Assembly: GCA_034417075.1 (NCBI GenBank)
Contig: DAOULU010000006.1
Coordinates: 74,283 to 138,282 of the forward strand
DNA length: 64,000 nucleotides
Reading direction: 5' to 3'
Source: Anaerolineales bacterium
Lineage (GTDB): Bacteria > Chloroflexota > Anaerolineae > Anaerolineales > E44-bin32
The notes beneath the pieces are model-generated. The model saw nothing but the letters and a program-made list of their open reading frames with translations. It searched no databases and was not told where the DNA came from. This document shows, piece by piece, positions 16,187-26,417 of the stretch. Each line of letters opens with the position of its first letter. Position 1 is the stretch's first letter. Both the position numbers and the translations under genes were made by a program.

Positions 16187-17646
16187 AGCGCCAGATGCGT
16201 ATGCAGTCCCATCGCATCTGCTTCACCCTGTTGCTTCTGTTTCTCGGCGCCTGCACGCCTGCTGCGCAATCCCCGGCGCCAACAGCGGCTACCAGTCCGA
16301 CCGCAACTCATGCACCTGTCGCCAGCGCCACAACCGCGCAAATACCGACGCTCGCAGCAACGCCCGATCTCACGCAATACGACCTGTCCGTCGTTTTCGA
16401 CGTCGGAAACAAGCACCTGGATGTCGGCGAACGGGTGACCTACGTCAACCGCAGCGGCGTCTTCTTGAGCGATCTGCTCTTCGTGGTGGAATCCCTGCGT
16501 TGGGAAGGGACGTTTCAATTGAACGACATTCGCTGGGCGGACGGCACGCCGCTCTCCGGGCTGCGTTTGGAAGGCGTTGGGCTGCGCCTTCCGCTGCGCG
16601 AGGCGCTCGCACCGGGCAGGATCGTCGAGCTGCAGCTGCAGTTCGAACTGAACCTGCCTGAACCGGCCGGCGCCTTCGGCTTCACGGGGCGCCAATTCAA
16701 CTTCGCCGACTGGTATCCCTACCTGCCGGCGTACGACCCACAACGGGGATGGCTCGTCCACCCGCCGGCCTACGTCGGAGAACATCAAGCCTACGACGTA
16801 GCCGACTACCACGTCGAGTGGGCTTGGGCTGATCCGGCAAATGCGTTGATCCTAGCCGCCAGCGCCGCGCCGCAAGAAATCGGCGGCGAACTGCGCTTCG
16901 ACCTCCAGGCCGCTCGCGGTTTCACCCTCTCGGCCAGCGAGGAATATGAAGTCATCTCGGCACAAGAAGGTCCCTGGAACGTACGCGCCTACGTCTTCCC
17001 CGATCACGCTGCGGCAGGCGAAACGGCCGTAAAAGTGGCCGTCGAAGCGCTGACGCTGTACGACGAGATTTTCACGCCCTATCCCCACGACGGCCTGACC
17101 ATCGTCGAGGCCGATTTTTTCGACGGGCTGGAAACCAGCGGCCTCTTCTTCCTCGACCAGACCTACTTCGACACCTACGACGAGTATCCCACGGGCTGGT
17201 TGACCACCCTGGTGGCTCACGAAACTTCGCATCAATGGTGGCACACCCTGGTCGGTAACGATCAGGCCACGGAACCCTGGCTCGACGAAGCCATGGCAAC
17301 CTACAGCGAACGTCTGTTTTACGAGTTCCGCCACCCCGAATGGCTCGATTGGTGGTGGTACCGCCGAGTGGATATCTTTCACCCGCAAGGCATGATCGAC
17401 GGCCGCGTTTACGATTACGAGGACTTCCGCGACTACGTCGACGCGGTGTATCTACGCGGCGTGAGGTTCCTCGAAGCCGTGCGTATACGTATCGGCGATG
17501 AAGCGTTTTTTGAATTTTTAAAGGCGTACGCCCAATTCGGTGATGGCAAGCTGCTCACGGCGCAGGATTTCTTCCAAGTACTCGCCGGCATCAGCGATGA
17601 AGATATCTCGGGGATCACACTCGAGTTCTTTAACGCCGCCCCTTGA
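16183..17646 (+). CDS. M1-family (gluzincin) metallopeptidase, lipoprotein
   Basis: Carries HETSHQWWHTLVGNDQATEPWLDEAMATY (HExxH-x18-E) and an N-terminal lipobox LFLGAC. Confidence 0.85.
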   Translation: MKRQMRMQSHRICFTLLLLFLGACTPAAQSPAPTAATSPTATHAPVASATTAQIPTLAATPDLTQYDLSVVFDVGNKHLDVGERVTYVNRSGVFLSDLLFVVESLRWEGTFQLNDIRWADGTPLSGLRLEGVGLRLPLREALAPGRIVELQLQFELNLPEPAGAFGFTGRQFNFADWYPYLPAYDPQRGWLVHPPAYVGEHQAYDVADYHVEWAWADPANALILAASAAPQEIGGELRFDLQAARGFTLSASEEYEVISAQEGPWNVRAYVFPDHAAAGETAVKVAVEALTLYDEIFTPYPHDGLTIVEADFFDGLETSGLFFLDQTYFDTYDEYPTGWLTTLVAHETSHQWWHTLVGNDQATEPWLDEAMATYSERLFYEFRHPEWLDWWWYRRVDIFHPQGMIDGRVYDYEDFRDYVDAVYLRGVRFLEAVRIRIGDEAFFEFLKAYAQFGDGKLLTAQDFFQVLAGISDEDISGITLEFFNAAP

Positions 17647-17687
17647 GTCCCCTGTAACGAACTGCCCCTCTCTTCCGAAGTAATAAA

Positions 17688-17724
17688 GCAGGATCCCGGT
17701 CGTGTCTACGACGCAGGATCCTGC
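17688..17724. terminator. bidirectional terminator-like hairpin between convergent genes
   Basis: Outer stem GCAGGATCC/GGATCCTGC (9 bp) with inner stem GTCGT/ACGAC. On the minus strand it is followed by TTTATTAC. Confidence 0.45.
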
Positions 17725-17750
17725 CTGGGATGGTCCGCTGCGGCAGCGGC

Positions 17751-17969
17751 TCAGTTAACCGAGGATTCCTCGACCGGCGCCTCCGGCACGACGGCCATCA
17801 TTACACCGTAGGTCAGTACCGCCGCCGGCGCGTTGGCGAAGAGTCCGACCACGGCCAACAAACGGATCAGTGTCGGATCGGATTCGAAATAACTGGCCAG
17901 CCCAGCGCAAACGCCTGCGATCATGCGGTCATCTCTGGATCGACACAGTCGCTTATACTCACCCGACAT
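17751..17969 (-). CDS. PspC domain-containing protein
   Basis: 72 aa. RLCRSRDDRMIAGVCAGLASYFESDPTLIRLLAVV is the PspC-domain signature. Confidence 0.8.
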   Translation of the reverse strand: MSGEYKRLCRSRDDRMIAGVCAGLASYFESDPTLIRLLAVVGLFANAPAAVLTYGVMMAVVPEAPVEESSVN

Positions 17970-18156
17970 GGCATACCTCCTTGAAATTTACGTTCTGATT
18001 CACTATACGCAGATCGCGCGGCAAAGTTGCACGTTACAGGGATGCGCATTAAAAAGGAATCCCCCTGATGATCAGCCTGGAGCGGGAATTTGAACCTTGC
18101 GAGATTGTGTGTCAGAAGGATCTATCGATCGAGTTCGTGAGATCGCGCAAACCGTG

Positions 18157-18831
18157 CTACCCAAAACCTTTGCGCGCCCAGGCCAGATCGTAATCGAGCT
18201 GCCAGGGCAGGATTTCGACATAGTCGAGGCCCAGTCTCTCCAGCACACCGGCGAAATCGTTGCGCTCGTATGTATGCCCCAGAATCCACGGCGCTTCCCA
18301 TCCCACACGGTTGGTCACCACGACCCATCCGCCGGGTTGAGTCACGCGCACCATCTCGGCAAGCGTCTCCAGTGGTTGAGGCGTGAATTCGAGCATCTCC
18401 AGACTCACGACCATGTCGAAGACGTTGTCCGGGAACGGCAAAGGTACGGACCAGGCCCGCATCCAATGCGCTCGACGATCGTCCGTCAGCTGACGCCCCA
18501 GGGCGATCATGCTGCGGGATGCATCGAGGCAGACGATCGAGCCCTGGAAGGAGTCGAGCGGCAGCACCCGGCGCGCCAAGCGGCCGGTGCCTGCGCCCAC
18601 ATCCAGGATCATTGCGTCCTGTAGGGACCGCAGCGTCCCGACGACCGGCTCCCCCAGAAAACGTTTTTCCCAATCGGGGTCGAACTCCTTGATCTGTTCG
18701 TAACGCGTGGCGGCCAGATCATAGAGAAACACCACGAAGCGCCGCCCGAGGTGCACGCCTTCGCAAATCCAGATCTCCCAGACCAGGAGAGCGATCAACA
18801 GCGCAAGCAGAACGAGGATCAACCAGGGCAT
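18157..18831 (-). CDS. class I SAM-dependent methyltransferase (N-terminal TM anchor)
   Basis: Motif I ILDVGAGTGRLA. The N-terminal helix is MPWLILVLLALLIALLVW. Confidence 0.8.
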   Translation of the reverse strand: MPWLILVLLALLIALLVWEIWICEGVHLGRRFVVFLYDLAATRYEQIKEFDPDWEKRFLGEPVVGTLRSLQDAMILDVGAGTGRLARRVLPLDSFQGSIVCLDASRSMIALGRQLTDDRRAHWMRAWSVPLPFPDNVFDMVVSLEMLEFTPQPLETLAEMVRVTQPGGWVVVTNRVGWEAPWILGHTYERNDFAGVLERLGLDYVEILPWQLDYDLAWARKGFG

Positions 18832-18902
18832 ATCACGGAAAACGTCGGCTCCCGCGCCGACGCCAGTTACAGGAAAAAGGAAGTATCTCGCAAGACATGG
18901 GT

Positions 18903-19763
18903 TCAGGAGTTCTTGTTGCCGACGAGACGTTCGGTCATAGCCTGGACTCGTTCCTCGGCTCTCCGGAAGCGGGCCGGGCGGGCGTGTGCGAGCATACGGA
19001 TCAGGGCATAGACCATGCTTTCAAGAACGATTTGTCCCACCCCCGGATCGGGATGGGCGAACCCCGAAAGTACGATGTCCGCGGAGACAGCGGCTTCCGC
19101 GGAAGGGATGGCTACGAGGCTGACCGTGCGTGCACCGGTATCTTTCGCGCCGGCGAGCGCCGCGGTGATGAAAGGCGCTTCGTCGGTTACACAAACCGCC
19201 AACGCCAAATCCTGCTTGCGCGCACCCGCAACCGCGCGCGCCAGACCCGCCGGGCTGCCGTTGGAACGGTGGACCGTATATCCTGCAGCCTCCAGGTAAA
19301 CCGCCAGGGTGTTGGCCGGGGGATGCGCGTGCTCGTCGGCCAGCAAGATGATCCGCTCCACTTCATCCAGCAAGGAAATGAATTTGTTGGCCAGTTCGAC
19401 CGGAAAACTGCGCTGAACGGCTTTCAGGGTTTGAACCACCTCGTTCAACGCATTGGCGGCTGCTTCGGAAGGGGAATTTGATTCGGTCTCCAAATCGAGG
19501 AAACATTCCCGCCTGACGCGATCACGGATTTCGGCCTGCAGTTCAGGATATCCTCGATAGCCGATGTGCTGCGAGAATCGCACCACCGTGCCCGGGTCGA
19601 TATCGATGAGATGCGCCAACTCTGTGGCCGTGAGAAAAGCCGATTCGGTGTACGAGTCGAGCAAAAAATTGGCCAGGCGTAAAAAGCTCGGCGAGAACCC
19701 GGATCGAGCCTCACGAATGCGATTTTCGTACGAGAATGTAGAGTCAGTTTGCGGATCGGTCAC
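18903..19763 (-). CDS. MurR/RpiR family transcriptional regulator
   Basis: N-terminal HTH_6-type region (LTATELAHLIDIDPGTVVRFSQHIGYRGYPELQAEIR) plus a C-terminal SIS-like domain. Confidence 0.8.
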   Translation of the reverse strand: MTDPQTDSTFSYENRIREARSGFSPSFLRLANFLLDSYTESAFLTATELAHLIDIDPGTVVRFSQHIGYRGYPELQAEIRDRVRRECFLDLETESNSPSEAAANALNEVVQTLKAVQRSFPVELANKFISLLDEVERIILLADEHAHPPANTLAVYLEAAGYTVHRSNGSPAGLARAVAGARKQDLALAVCVTDEAPFITAALAGAKDTGARTVSLVAIPSAEAAVSADIVLSGFAHPDPGVGQIVLESMVYALIRMLAHARPARFRRAEERVQAMTERLVGNKNS

Positions 19764-19948
19764 AATTCGAGCACCATACGTCTATGAGAAAGTGGAGAAA
19801 CTATAGCACAAGGCGGGTTTACAGGCAAAGCCGCAAGGAGTAATGCAATATTTGTTGAATCCGTCATGGCGAATTCCAACTAGCAGTGGAAAATGTCCTC
19901 GGCAACCTGGAAATGGCATCATACAGGCATCATTTTTACGATCGCGCG

Positions 19949-19977
19949 TTGACCCTGCGTAGGGCACAAGCTATAAT
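19949..19977 (+). promoter_or_regulatory. consensus sigma-70 promoter TTGACC-17 nt-TATAAT for tRNA-Val
   Basis: Read directly. The -10 element ends 9 nt before tRNA position 1. Confidence 0.7.
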
Positions 19978-19986
19978 TTGAAGTCC

Positions 19987-20063
19987 GGGCGGATAGCTCA
20001 GTTGGTTAGAGCGCTTCTCTTACACAGAAGAGGTCGCAGGTTCGAGTCCTGTTCCGCCCACCA
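19987..20063 (+). tRNA. tRNA-Val (anticodon UAC), CCA encoded
   Basis: Manual cloverleaf: acceptor GGGCGGA/TCCGCCC, D-arm GCTC-AGTTGGTTA-GAGC, anticodon arm CTTCT-CTTACAC-AGAAG, T-loop TTCGAGT and terminal ACCA. Confidence 0.92.
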
Positions 20064-20067
20064 GGCC

Positions 20068-20100
20068 AAAACCGTCTGCCGTAAAAGTCAGGCGGTTTTT
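20068..20100 (+). terminator. Rho-independent terminator after tRNA-Val
   Basis: Stem AAACCGTCTG/CAGGCGGTTT (one G-U pair) followed by TTTTT. Confidence 0.65.
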
Positions 20101-20255
20101 CGACCAACTTCCTTACACCGTTTTGACATCGCAGCTCACAGCCAACCCAGCACTACAAGATACACTTGAACGAACCACCGAGAGGGCGTAGTCGTTGAAC
20201 CAGCGATCCGCTTGCGGTGCTTTCACGTAGAAGCTCGAAGAAATAGGAGTACGTC

Positions 20256-21503
20256 ATGCCGACACTCAGCCATTGGGAACTAACCGGCCTGTTCCTCATC
20301 ATCGTCGCCTGTATTTGCATCATTCAATACCTGTACATTCGGCGCTACGTGCTCCGACCGCTCGCTCATCTTGAAGAACGCTATCGCCAGATATTCAACA
20401 ACTCCCTGAACGGTATCGCCTATCACGAGGTCGTCTGTGACGATGAAAACGGAGAAATCGACTATCGATTCGTCGAAGTCAATCCCGCCTTTGAAGAACT
20501 CACGGGTCTTAAAGCTTCCGAAGTCGTCGGCAAATGCAACCGCGAAGTGCTCCCAGAGGCGGAGCAGACGATCTTCGAACAAATATACAGCCAGCTTGCG
20601 GAAACCGGGGAACCCGATCGTCGAGAGATCTACTCTTCCACCCTGGAACGCTGTTTTCAGGTCGCTGCCTTCTCGCCCATACCCAATTTTTATGCCGCCA
20701 TCTTCACCGACATTACCAAGCAGAAGAAATACGAACAATCATTGAAGGACCAATCTGCCTGGCTCGAGACGCTCATCGAGGAACGCACGGAAGAACTCCG
20801 TGAGGCGCAGGCGAAATTAATTCAGCGCGAGAAGATGGCCCAACTCGGTCAGCTGGCTCGAGGGATCGCACACGAATTACGCAACCCGCTGGGCGTGATC
20901 TCCAATGCCGTTTATTACTTAAAATCCCTCCACGCAAAAAATGAAGACACGACGAGAGAATATCTCAGCATCATCGAGACCGAAGTGAATCGATCCGAGA
21001 AGACCATCACCGACTTGCTGGAGTACTCTCGAGAACCGGTTCCAATCTGCGAGAAGACGGATATCTGCGAACTGCTTCAAGAAATCCTCGATGGTCTCCC
21101 GGCGCCGGATTCTATTCGAGTCACCACGAAGGTCAACGATTCGGCACCGGTCGCGCAAATCGACGGTAGGCAAATCGGAATGGTATTGAACAATCTGCTC
21201 ACCAATGCGTATCAGGCGATGCCCGAAGGGGGGAATTTAGACATCGATATATCCCAGCAAGACAACCATGTACGGCTCGCTATCCACGATACAGGTACGG
21301 GGATCGCCGCACAGGACATACAGACGATATTCGAACCGTTCTTCACCACCAAGCCTAAAGGGATCGGCCTCGGTCTGGCGATTTCCAAGACGCTCGCAGA
21401 GGTTAATGGCGGAGAAATCAACGTAGAAAGCACCGAAAACAAAGGATCGACGTTCACCCTCATTCTGCCTCGCGCCGAAGAAACAACCGCCCCAACAGAT
21501 TGA
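20256..21503 (+). CDS. PAS-domain sensor histidine kinase (no adjacent response regulator)
   Basis: TM helix, PAS-like region, H-box GIAHELRNPL, N-box NLLTNAYQAM and G-boxes DTGTGI / GIGLGL. Confidence 0.9.
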   Translation: MPTLSHWELTGLFLIIVACICIIQYLYIRRYVLRPLAHLEERYRQIFNNSLNGIAYHEVVCDDENGEIDYRFVEVNPAFEELTGLKASEVVGKCNREVLPEAEQTIFEQIYSQLAETGEPDRREIYSSTLERCFQVAAFSPIPNFYAAIFTDITKQKKYEQSLKDQSAWLETLIEERTEELREAQAKLIQREKMAQLGQLARGIAHELRNPLGVISNAVYYLKSLHAKNEDTTREYLSIIETEVNRSEKTITDLLEYSREPVPICEKTDICELLQEILDGLPAPDSIRVTTKVNDSAPVAQIDGRQIGMVLNNLLTNAYQAMPEGGNLDIDISQQDNHVRLAIHDTGTGIAAQDIQTIFEPFFTTKPKGIGLGLAISKTLAEVNGGEINVESTENKGSTFTLILPRAEETTAPTD

Positions 21504-21552
21504 AAATCAGGCTAAAACCACTACAATACCACCTCCACGGTGGAGGTGGGTA

Positions 21553-23130
21553 ATGTCGCGACGCTATAGACTCTTCGTATTGGTTTTACTCGTCCACCTC
21601 ACCGCTTGCAGTCGGATCGGGGAATTCGGAAAGTCTCTCCGCAGAGCAACCGACACGCCTCTCACGGGTCGCTCACTTCCCGCCACGTATACCCCGACCG
21701 CCTCTCCGACTGCGATCCCTTCCATTCCAGCGACGCCAACGATTTCCGAGCATACGCAGCAATCTGCGCTGCTGCCTGAGTTTGTCAGCGATGCTGATGC
21801 TTTCCCCGATGCCACGCGTTACGATATCGAGCTGGATGTCGATTTTCAGCCCGGAGCGGCTGAAGCCCACATCGAAGGAATCGCTCGCATTCGCTATGTC
21901 AATCCCCTCGAGAAAAACCTTTCTAACATCGTGTTGATGCTGTGGCCCAACGACGAGCAGTTTCAAGCGCAGATGCAAGCTGGGACGGCCATGATCGACG
22001 GAGAACTCACCGTCCCGCACCCTATCCTGGATGGAAAAGCGCTGCGCTTTGAATTACGCCCGTCGCTCGCGAAAGGTGAAAGCGTCGACTTGAGCATTCC
22101 TTTCTCCCTCGAAGTTGGTACCTTCCACGAAGGATCGCCAAGACGCATGGGGATCACGGAAGGTATACTCATCGCACCGACTTTCTACCCTATGATTCCC
22201 AGGCTGGTGGATGGCAAATGGGACGCAATCGACGCACCATCCGCCGGAGACACGACCAGCTCAGAAACCGCCTTTTACACCGTTCGCATCACGGTGCCCG
22301 AGCATCAAATCGTGGTCGCTACTGGCGTCGCAACTTCGAGCACCACGACGCTGGATGGGAAACAGCGCTACGAATACCTCAGCGGTCCAGTGCGTGATTT
22401 TGCCTTCGCCGTCGGTCAATGGGAGAAAACCAGCGGCACCTCCGGTGAGGTGGCCTTGAACGTGTGGGCGCTTCCACAACACGCTGCAAGCGCACAGACG
22501 GCACTGCGAGCGGCTCGGATTCAAGTGAATCTATTGAGCGAAATCGTCGGGCCATATCCCTACCCCGAACTCGATCTCGTCGAAGCACCGTACGCCTTCG
22601 GGGGAATCGAATATCCCGGCCTGGCATTCATTGGAACCATGGGAACGAATTGGGTGACGGTCCCGACCGTCCACGAGGTTGCGCATCAGTGGTTCTACGC
22701 GCTGCTTGGCAACGATCAGGTTCGTGAACCCTGGCTGGATGAAGCATTGGCTTCGTTTGCCGAGGCGCTCTACTACGAGCGCGCGTATGGATTGGGCCGG
22801 GGCACTGGGTATCTGAGCGATATCCGCGCCATACTGCGTGCCATTCCCGACACCACGCAACCCATCGGTCTTGGTGTTGGGGAATACGCAAACGAGAACG
22901 ATTACTTCACCTTCGTCTACCAAAAAGGAGCCTTATTCCTGGATGCGCTGCGCAACAAACTGGGAACCGATCGCTTCAATGACTTTCTGGCCGCCTTCTA
23001 CGAGCAATACCGTTATGGATTCATACATGCCGAAGATTTCCAAAACGCTGCGGAAGCGGTCTGCACCTGCGATCTCCAGGATTTATTCGATCTCTGGGTT
23101 TATGAAGGTGGTGAGATTTTTCCCCCTTGA
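21553..23130 (+). CDS. M1-family (gluzincin) metallopeptidase, lipoprotein (paralog of 16183-17646)
   Basis: Carries HEVAHQWFYALLGNDQVREPWLDEALASF (HExxH-x18-E) and a lipobox VHLTAC. Confidence 0.85.
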   Translation: MSRRYRLFVLVLLVHLTACSRIGEFGKSLRRATDTPLTGRSLPATYTPTASPTAIPSIPATPTISEHTQQSALLPEFVSDADAFPDATRYDIELDVDFQPGAAEAHIEGIARIRYVNPLEKNLSNIVLMLWPNDEQFQAQMQAGTAMIDGELTVPHPILDGKALRFELRPSLAKGESVDLSIPFSLEVGTFHEGSPRRMGITEGILIAPTFYPMIPRLVDGKWDAIDAPSAGDTTSSETAFYTVRITVPEHQIVVATGVATSSTTTLDGKQRYEYLSGPVRDFAFAVGQWEKTSGTSGEVALNVWALPQHAASAQTALRAARIQVNLLSEIVGPYPYPELDLVEAPYAFGGIEYPGLAFIGTMGTNWVTVPTVHEVAHQWFYALLGNDQVREPWLDEALASFAEALYYERAYGLGRGTGYLSDIRAILRAIPDTTQPIGLGVGEYANENDYFTFVYQKGALFLDALRNKLGTDRFNDFLAAFYEQYRYGFIHAEDFQNAAEAVCTCDLQDLFDLWVYEGGEIFPP

Positions 23131-23169
23131 GCGTGACCCCGATCCAGTTCCAAAGTAGTATTAAAGCGG

Positions 23170-23197
23170 AGAGCCTCATCCATGGACGAGGCTCTAC
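23170..23197 (-). repeat. GTAG-headed hairpin (minus strand: GTAGAGCCTCGTCCATGGATGAGGCTCT); also a likely terminator of the flp gene
   Basis: 8-bp stem AGAGCCTC/GAGGCTCT. It has the same GTAGAG-plus-stem layout as 9975-10001 and lies between convergent genes. Confidence 0.5.
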
Positions 23198-23225
23198 AGC
23201 TATAACAATATTGCGACGGTATCAA

Positions 23226-23372
23226 TTAGATGTTGCTAACGATGTTGCTGAATACGTTTCCGATGGCAGGTCCGAGCAACGCCAGGATCACGATCACGAC
23301 AACGGCGATCAGAACCAGGATCAAAGCATACTCTACCAAGCCCTGCCCTTTTTCTTTCGGAGCGAATAGCAT
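23226..23372 (-). CDS. flp: Flp/Fap-family type IVb pilin (48 aa; below the ORF-track size cut-off)
   Basis: Manual translation gives MLFAPKEKGQGLVEYALILVLIAVVVIVILALLGPAIGNVFSNIVSNI. This contains the Flp motif G-xxxx-EY followed by a hydrophobic helix. An RBS AAGGTGGTG lies 8 nt upstream. Confidence 0.8.
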   Translation of the reverse strand: MLFAPKEKGQGLVEYALILVLIAVVVIVILALLGPAIGNVFSNIVSNI

Positions 23373-23750
23373 CTACATTCACCACCTTTCTTTTTTTGAT
23401 GATCACAATTGATGTACCAGGTAAACGGATTCACACATTCACAATTGTGTACGATACTGAATTCAGAATATCACAGGAACCACGGTCGTTTACCTTACAG
23501 AGTCCTAACGATGCGCTAACGGTGCAAGAAGCAGACCGAAGCTTAATCACCCCGTAGAACACGATTTCAACACACTCGTCTCATCAATCTGTTCCATACG
23601 CGCGGCCAATAACGCTCGCAGTAAAATACGTGCGCCCGTGCAGGATAACCTTGCGCCAGGAAATGCGTTACCCTGGCGATCAGGTCGAACAACAACACGA
23701 TTCGATTTGCGAGACCGCGGGATCCTCTAAAATGGGTATTGAATGGGTCG

Positions 23751-23885
23751 TTAAGTCACCAATTGGATCACCATCGTAAGAATCATCATCACCCCCATGA
23801 TCGCAAACAGGATTCGTCCAATGCGCATTCGTCGCTTCTGATCGCGGCTCATTTGCGGCTTCTTATTCTTTCGTTTCTTTGCCAT
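23751..23885 (-). CDS. possible 44-aa small membrane protein
   Basis: Manual translation gives MAKKRKNKKPQMSRDQKRRMRIGRILFAIMGVMMILTMVIQLVT, a basic N-terminus plus one TM helix. A GGAG RBS lies 7 nt upstream. There is no homology evidence. Confidence 0.4.
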   Translation of the reverse strand: MAKKRKNKKPQMSRDQKRRMRIGRILFAIMGVMMILTMVIQLVT

Positions 23886-24368
23886 CAGATGCTCCATTAT
23901 TCATCATACCATGAGGCCAGCAAGTCGTCTAGACGGGGTCCATATGCGGCTATCCCTCACCTCAGATTCCGACATATCTTCAAATCATCGACCCGTTCGC
24001 ACCCAGATACAAATTGAAAATCCGAATCGTCGCGTTGATTCGGCGTTGAGCACGATACGCTATCATGTTGAGACGAAAGTCGTAAGCTATCTTCTGAATA
24101 CATTCTTGATCGGACCGGCAAAAATTCCATAACTGGGTTTATACGTTACGGAAATAGCTGGCTCGATGTGTTGAAGATACTCTCTTCGAAGCTTTCAGGG
24201 GGTTTACGGCCCATGCTTCGATGGAAGTCTAACGAGTATCAAACGCCAGTTTGAAATTCTCAATCTAGATTCGTCACGAAGGAGGTGAGGCTCAAATTTA
24301 AGCATGATCCGGATCGTTAACGAGTAGCAAGTACAAGTTGTGGTTATCTTCTAATGAGGAGGAAACTC

Positions 24369-26417
24369 ATGAAACGGTACTCAGTGATCGGTATATTGGC
24401 ATTACTTCTGGGTTTGATCGCCGGTGTTTTACCTGTCGGAGCAGCACCCGGAATCGATTATCGACCCGTAGATATCGGCCCGGAAATTCGCGAATGGGAA
24501 CCTACCCAAGCGCGGCTGGAGGGATCGCCCGCAGCAGCGGAAGACGAGGCTGAGGCATTTGCAAGCACCGCCACCAGCGTGGATGAATGTATTCTGGATG
24601 AGAAGGATTGGTTGTCCCTGGATTCTATCGACGGAGTCTACTTCTTCACTACATTCTACCTGGTAGCCGTGGGTACGGATTCCGAGCTTTGGGTGCAGGC
24701 GGACACGAGTTGGCCCGATGGAGATACCCGGGCGACCCCGGAGATCACCTGCGAGCAAGCCAGCTACATGGTCGCGGAATTCGACAACAACATGCTCCCG
24801 AAGGAAAGCAATTTCTTCGGTGTGGCGGACTTCCACGACGGTTCGGCCTCGTTGCTCGAGGCTTGGGGAATCGTCCCACCAGGATATTACACCGATCCAG
24901 ATGGAAAGCAGGTAATCCTGGTCTCGAACGTACGCGATGAAAACTACTACGATCCGGACTACCCGCTGTATATCGCCGGATTCTACTCCCCGTCCCTCGA
25001 GGCCTATTTCGATCGCAACGTCATGACCATCGATGTTTACGATTGGGAGGATCGCGTGGGAGCGGATGTGGAACGGCCCTATCTCTATGAGGGTGTTTTC
25101 GCCCATGAATATCAGCACCTGCTGCATGACGACTACGATTCCGACGAAGAGAATTTCGTCAACGAGGGATTGTCGATGTACGCCGAATACCTCACCGGGT
25201 ACGCTTCGGGCGAGGAGCAGTACAGCGGCTTCCTGACCAATCCTGAGAATTCTCTCGTCGTCTGGGAAGATCAAGGAAATCTCGAAGTGCTCTCGGATTA
25301 CGGCCAAGCCTATCTGTTCCAGTTCTACATGATGGAACAATTCGGCAGCGCCTTCCTGCAAGCCGAGTTTAAAAACACCGAAAACGGGATAAGCGGCATC
25401 AACTCGACGCTCGATTCCTTCCACATCCATCGTAATTTCGACGACGTTTACCATGACTTTTCGATCGCCGTGCTGATCGATTCCCGCCAGAGCCGCTACC
25501 GCTACGGTTTTAAAAAGCTCGACTTGGCCATCGACGTCGGCACAGTGGACGAACCCAATCCGGAAGCTTTCGACGTGCCCGGCGCACCGCCCTGGGGCAC
25601 AGATTACATCTGGCTCACTGGCGAACCCAAGAAACTGGGTCTGTTCACCTTCAACGGGCAAGACTACTCGATCTTCCCTTCCGCGTGGACTTCCGACGGC
25701 GAGGTGCTCTGGAGTGGGAGTGGTGATCTGATCGACAACTGGGCGATCTTCGAAGCCACGGGCGGCGGCACATTGACCTTCGACACCTACGTCGACATCG
25801 AAGACTACTGGGACTTCGGATTCGTGCAGGTTTCCACCGACGGCGGCCAGACCTGGACCAGCCTGGCGAACGATTACACCACGAGCGACCACGATCCCGA
25901 CGCCCATCCCAAGGTTATCGAGAACCTGCCCGGCCTGACAGGTTGGAGCGAAGAGTGGATTCCGATGAGCTTCGACCTGAGTGCCTATCCGGGTGACATC
26001 CTGCTCGCCTTCCGCTACATCACCGACTGGGCCACGACCTACGAAGGCTGGTTCATCGACAACGTCTACGTCGACGACGCGCTCATCTCCGATGGCTCCG
26101 ATGCTTCGGTTTTCAAGGACATCACAGAGCTGTTCCCCATCGACAACGACTTCACCGTGATCTTTGTCGGTATACGGAATCTTCGAGGAAAGCCGATATA
26201 CCAAGTGATCAAGATGCGTTTGAACGAGGAGACCGAAGACGGTTTCATTCAGCTTCGCAGGCTTCTCGGCCGTTCGAATAAGGCCGTTATGCTCGTCACC
26301 TTTGACGCACCTGAAGGTCATTCGAAGTATGCAGATTACGAGTACGGTTTCACGTATTTCGATCAAGGTCCGCGGAAACCGCACCGGCCGCATCGACACC
26401 CCTGGCATCGGCGCTGA
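24369..26417 (+). CDS. M6-family (immune inhibitor A-like) secreted metallopeptidase
   Basis: Carries FAHEYQHLLHDDYDSDEENFVNEGLSMYAE (HExxH plus downstream E) and a signal peptide MKRYSVIGILALLLGLIAGVLPVGA. I prefer the ATG at 24369, which has a GAGGAGG RBS. Confidence 0.85.
   Translation: MKRYSVIGILALLLGLIAGVLPVGAAPGIDYRPVDIGPEIREWEPTQARLEGSPAAAEDEAEAFASTATSVDECILDEKDWLSLDSIDGVYFFTTFYLVAVGTDSELWVQADTSWPDGDTRATPEITCEQASYMVAEFDNNMLPKESNFFGVADFHDGSASLLEAWGIVPPGYYTDPDGKQVILVSNVRDENYYDPDYPLYIAGFYSPSLEAYFDRNVMTIDVYDWEDRVGADVERPYLYEGVFAHEYQHLLHDDYDSDEENFVNEGLSMYAEYLTGYASGEEQYSGFLTNPENSLVVWEDQGNLEVLSDYGQAYLFQFYMMEQFGSAFLQAEFKNTENGISGINSTLDSFHIHRNFDDVYHDFSIAVLIDSRQSRYRYGFKKLDLAIDVGTVDEPNPEAFDVPGAPPWGTDYIWLTGEPKKLGLFTFNGQDYSIFPSAWTSDGEVLWSGSGDLIDNWAIFEATGGGTLTFDTYVDIEDYWDFGFVQVSTDGGQTWTSLANDYTTSDHDPDAHPKVIENLPGLTGWSEEWIPMSFDLSAYPGDILLAFRYITDWATTYEGWFIDNVYVDDALISDGSDASVFKDITELFPIDNDFTVIFVGIRNLRGKPIYQVIKMRLNEETEDGFIQLRRLLGRSNKAVMLVTFDAPEGHSKYADYEYGFTYFDQGPRKPHRPHRHPWHRR

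Noticed and set aside
15083-16812. Minus-strand ORFs 15083-15676 (197 aa) and 16090-16812 (240 aa).
   Set aside because: They are antisense to the TrkA-N and M1 peptidase genes and have Gly/Arg/Asp-rich shadow composition.
23373-23750. A possible c-di-GMP riboswitch in the long leader of the flp pilin gene.
   Set aside because: I could not find the GEMM-I (CGCACAGGGCAAACC / GGGACGCAAAGCC) or GEMM-II cores by eye. It remains an unexplained leader and is reported as such.
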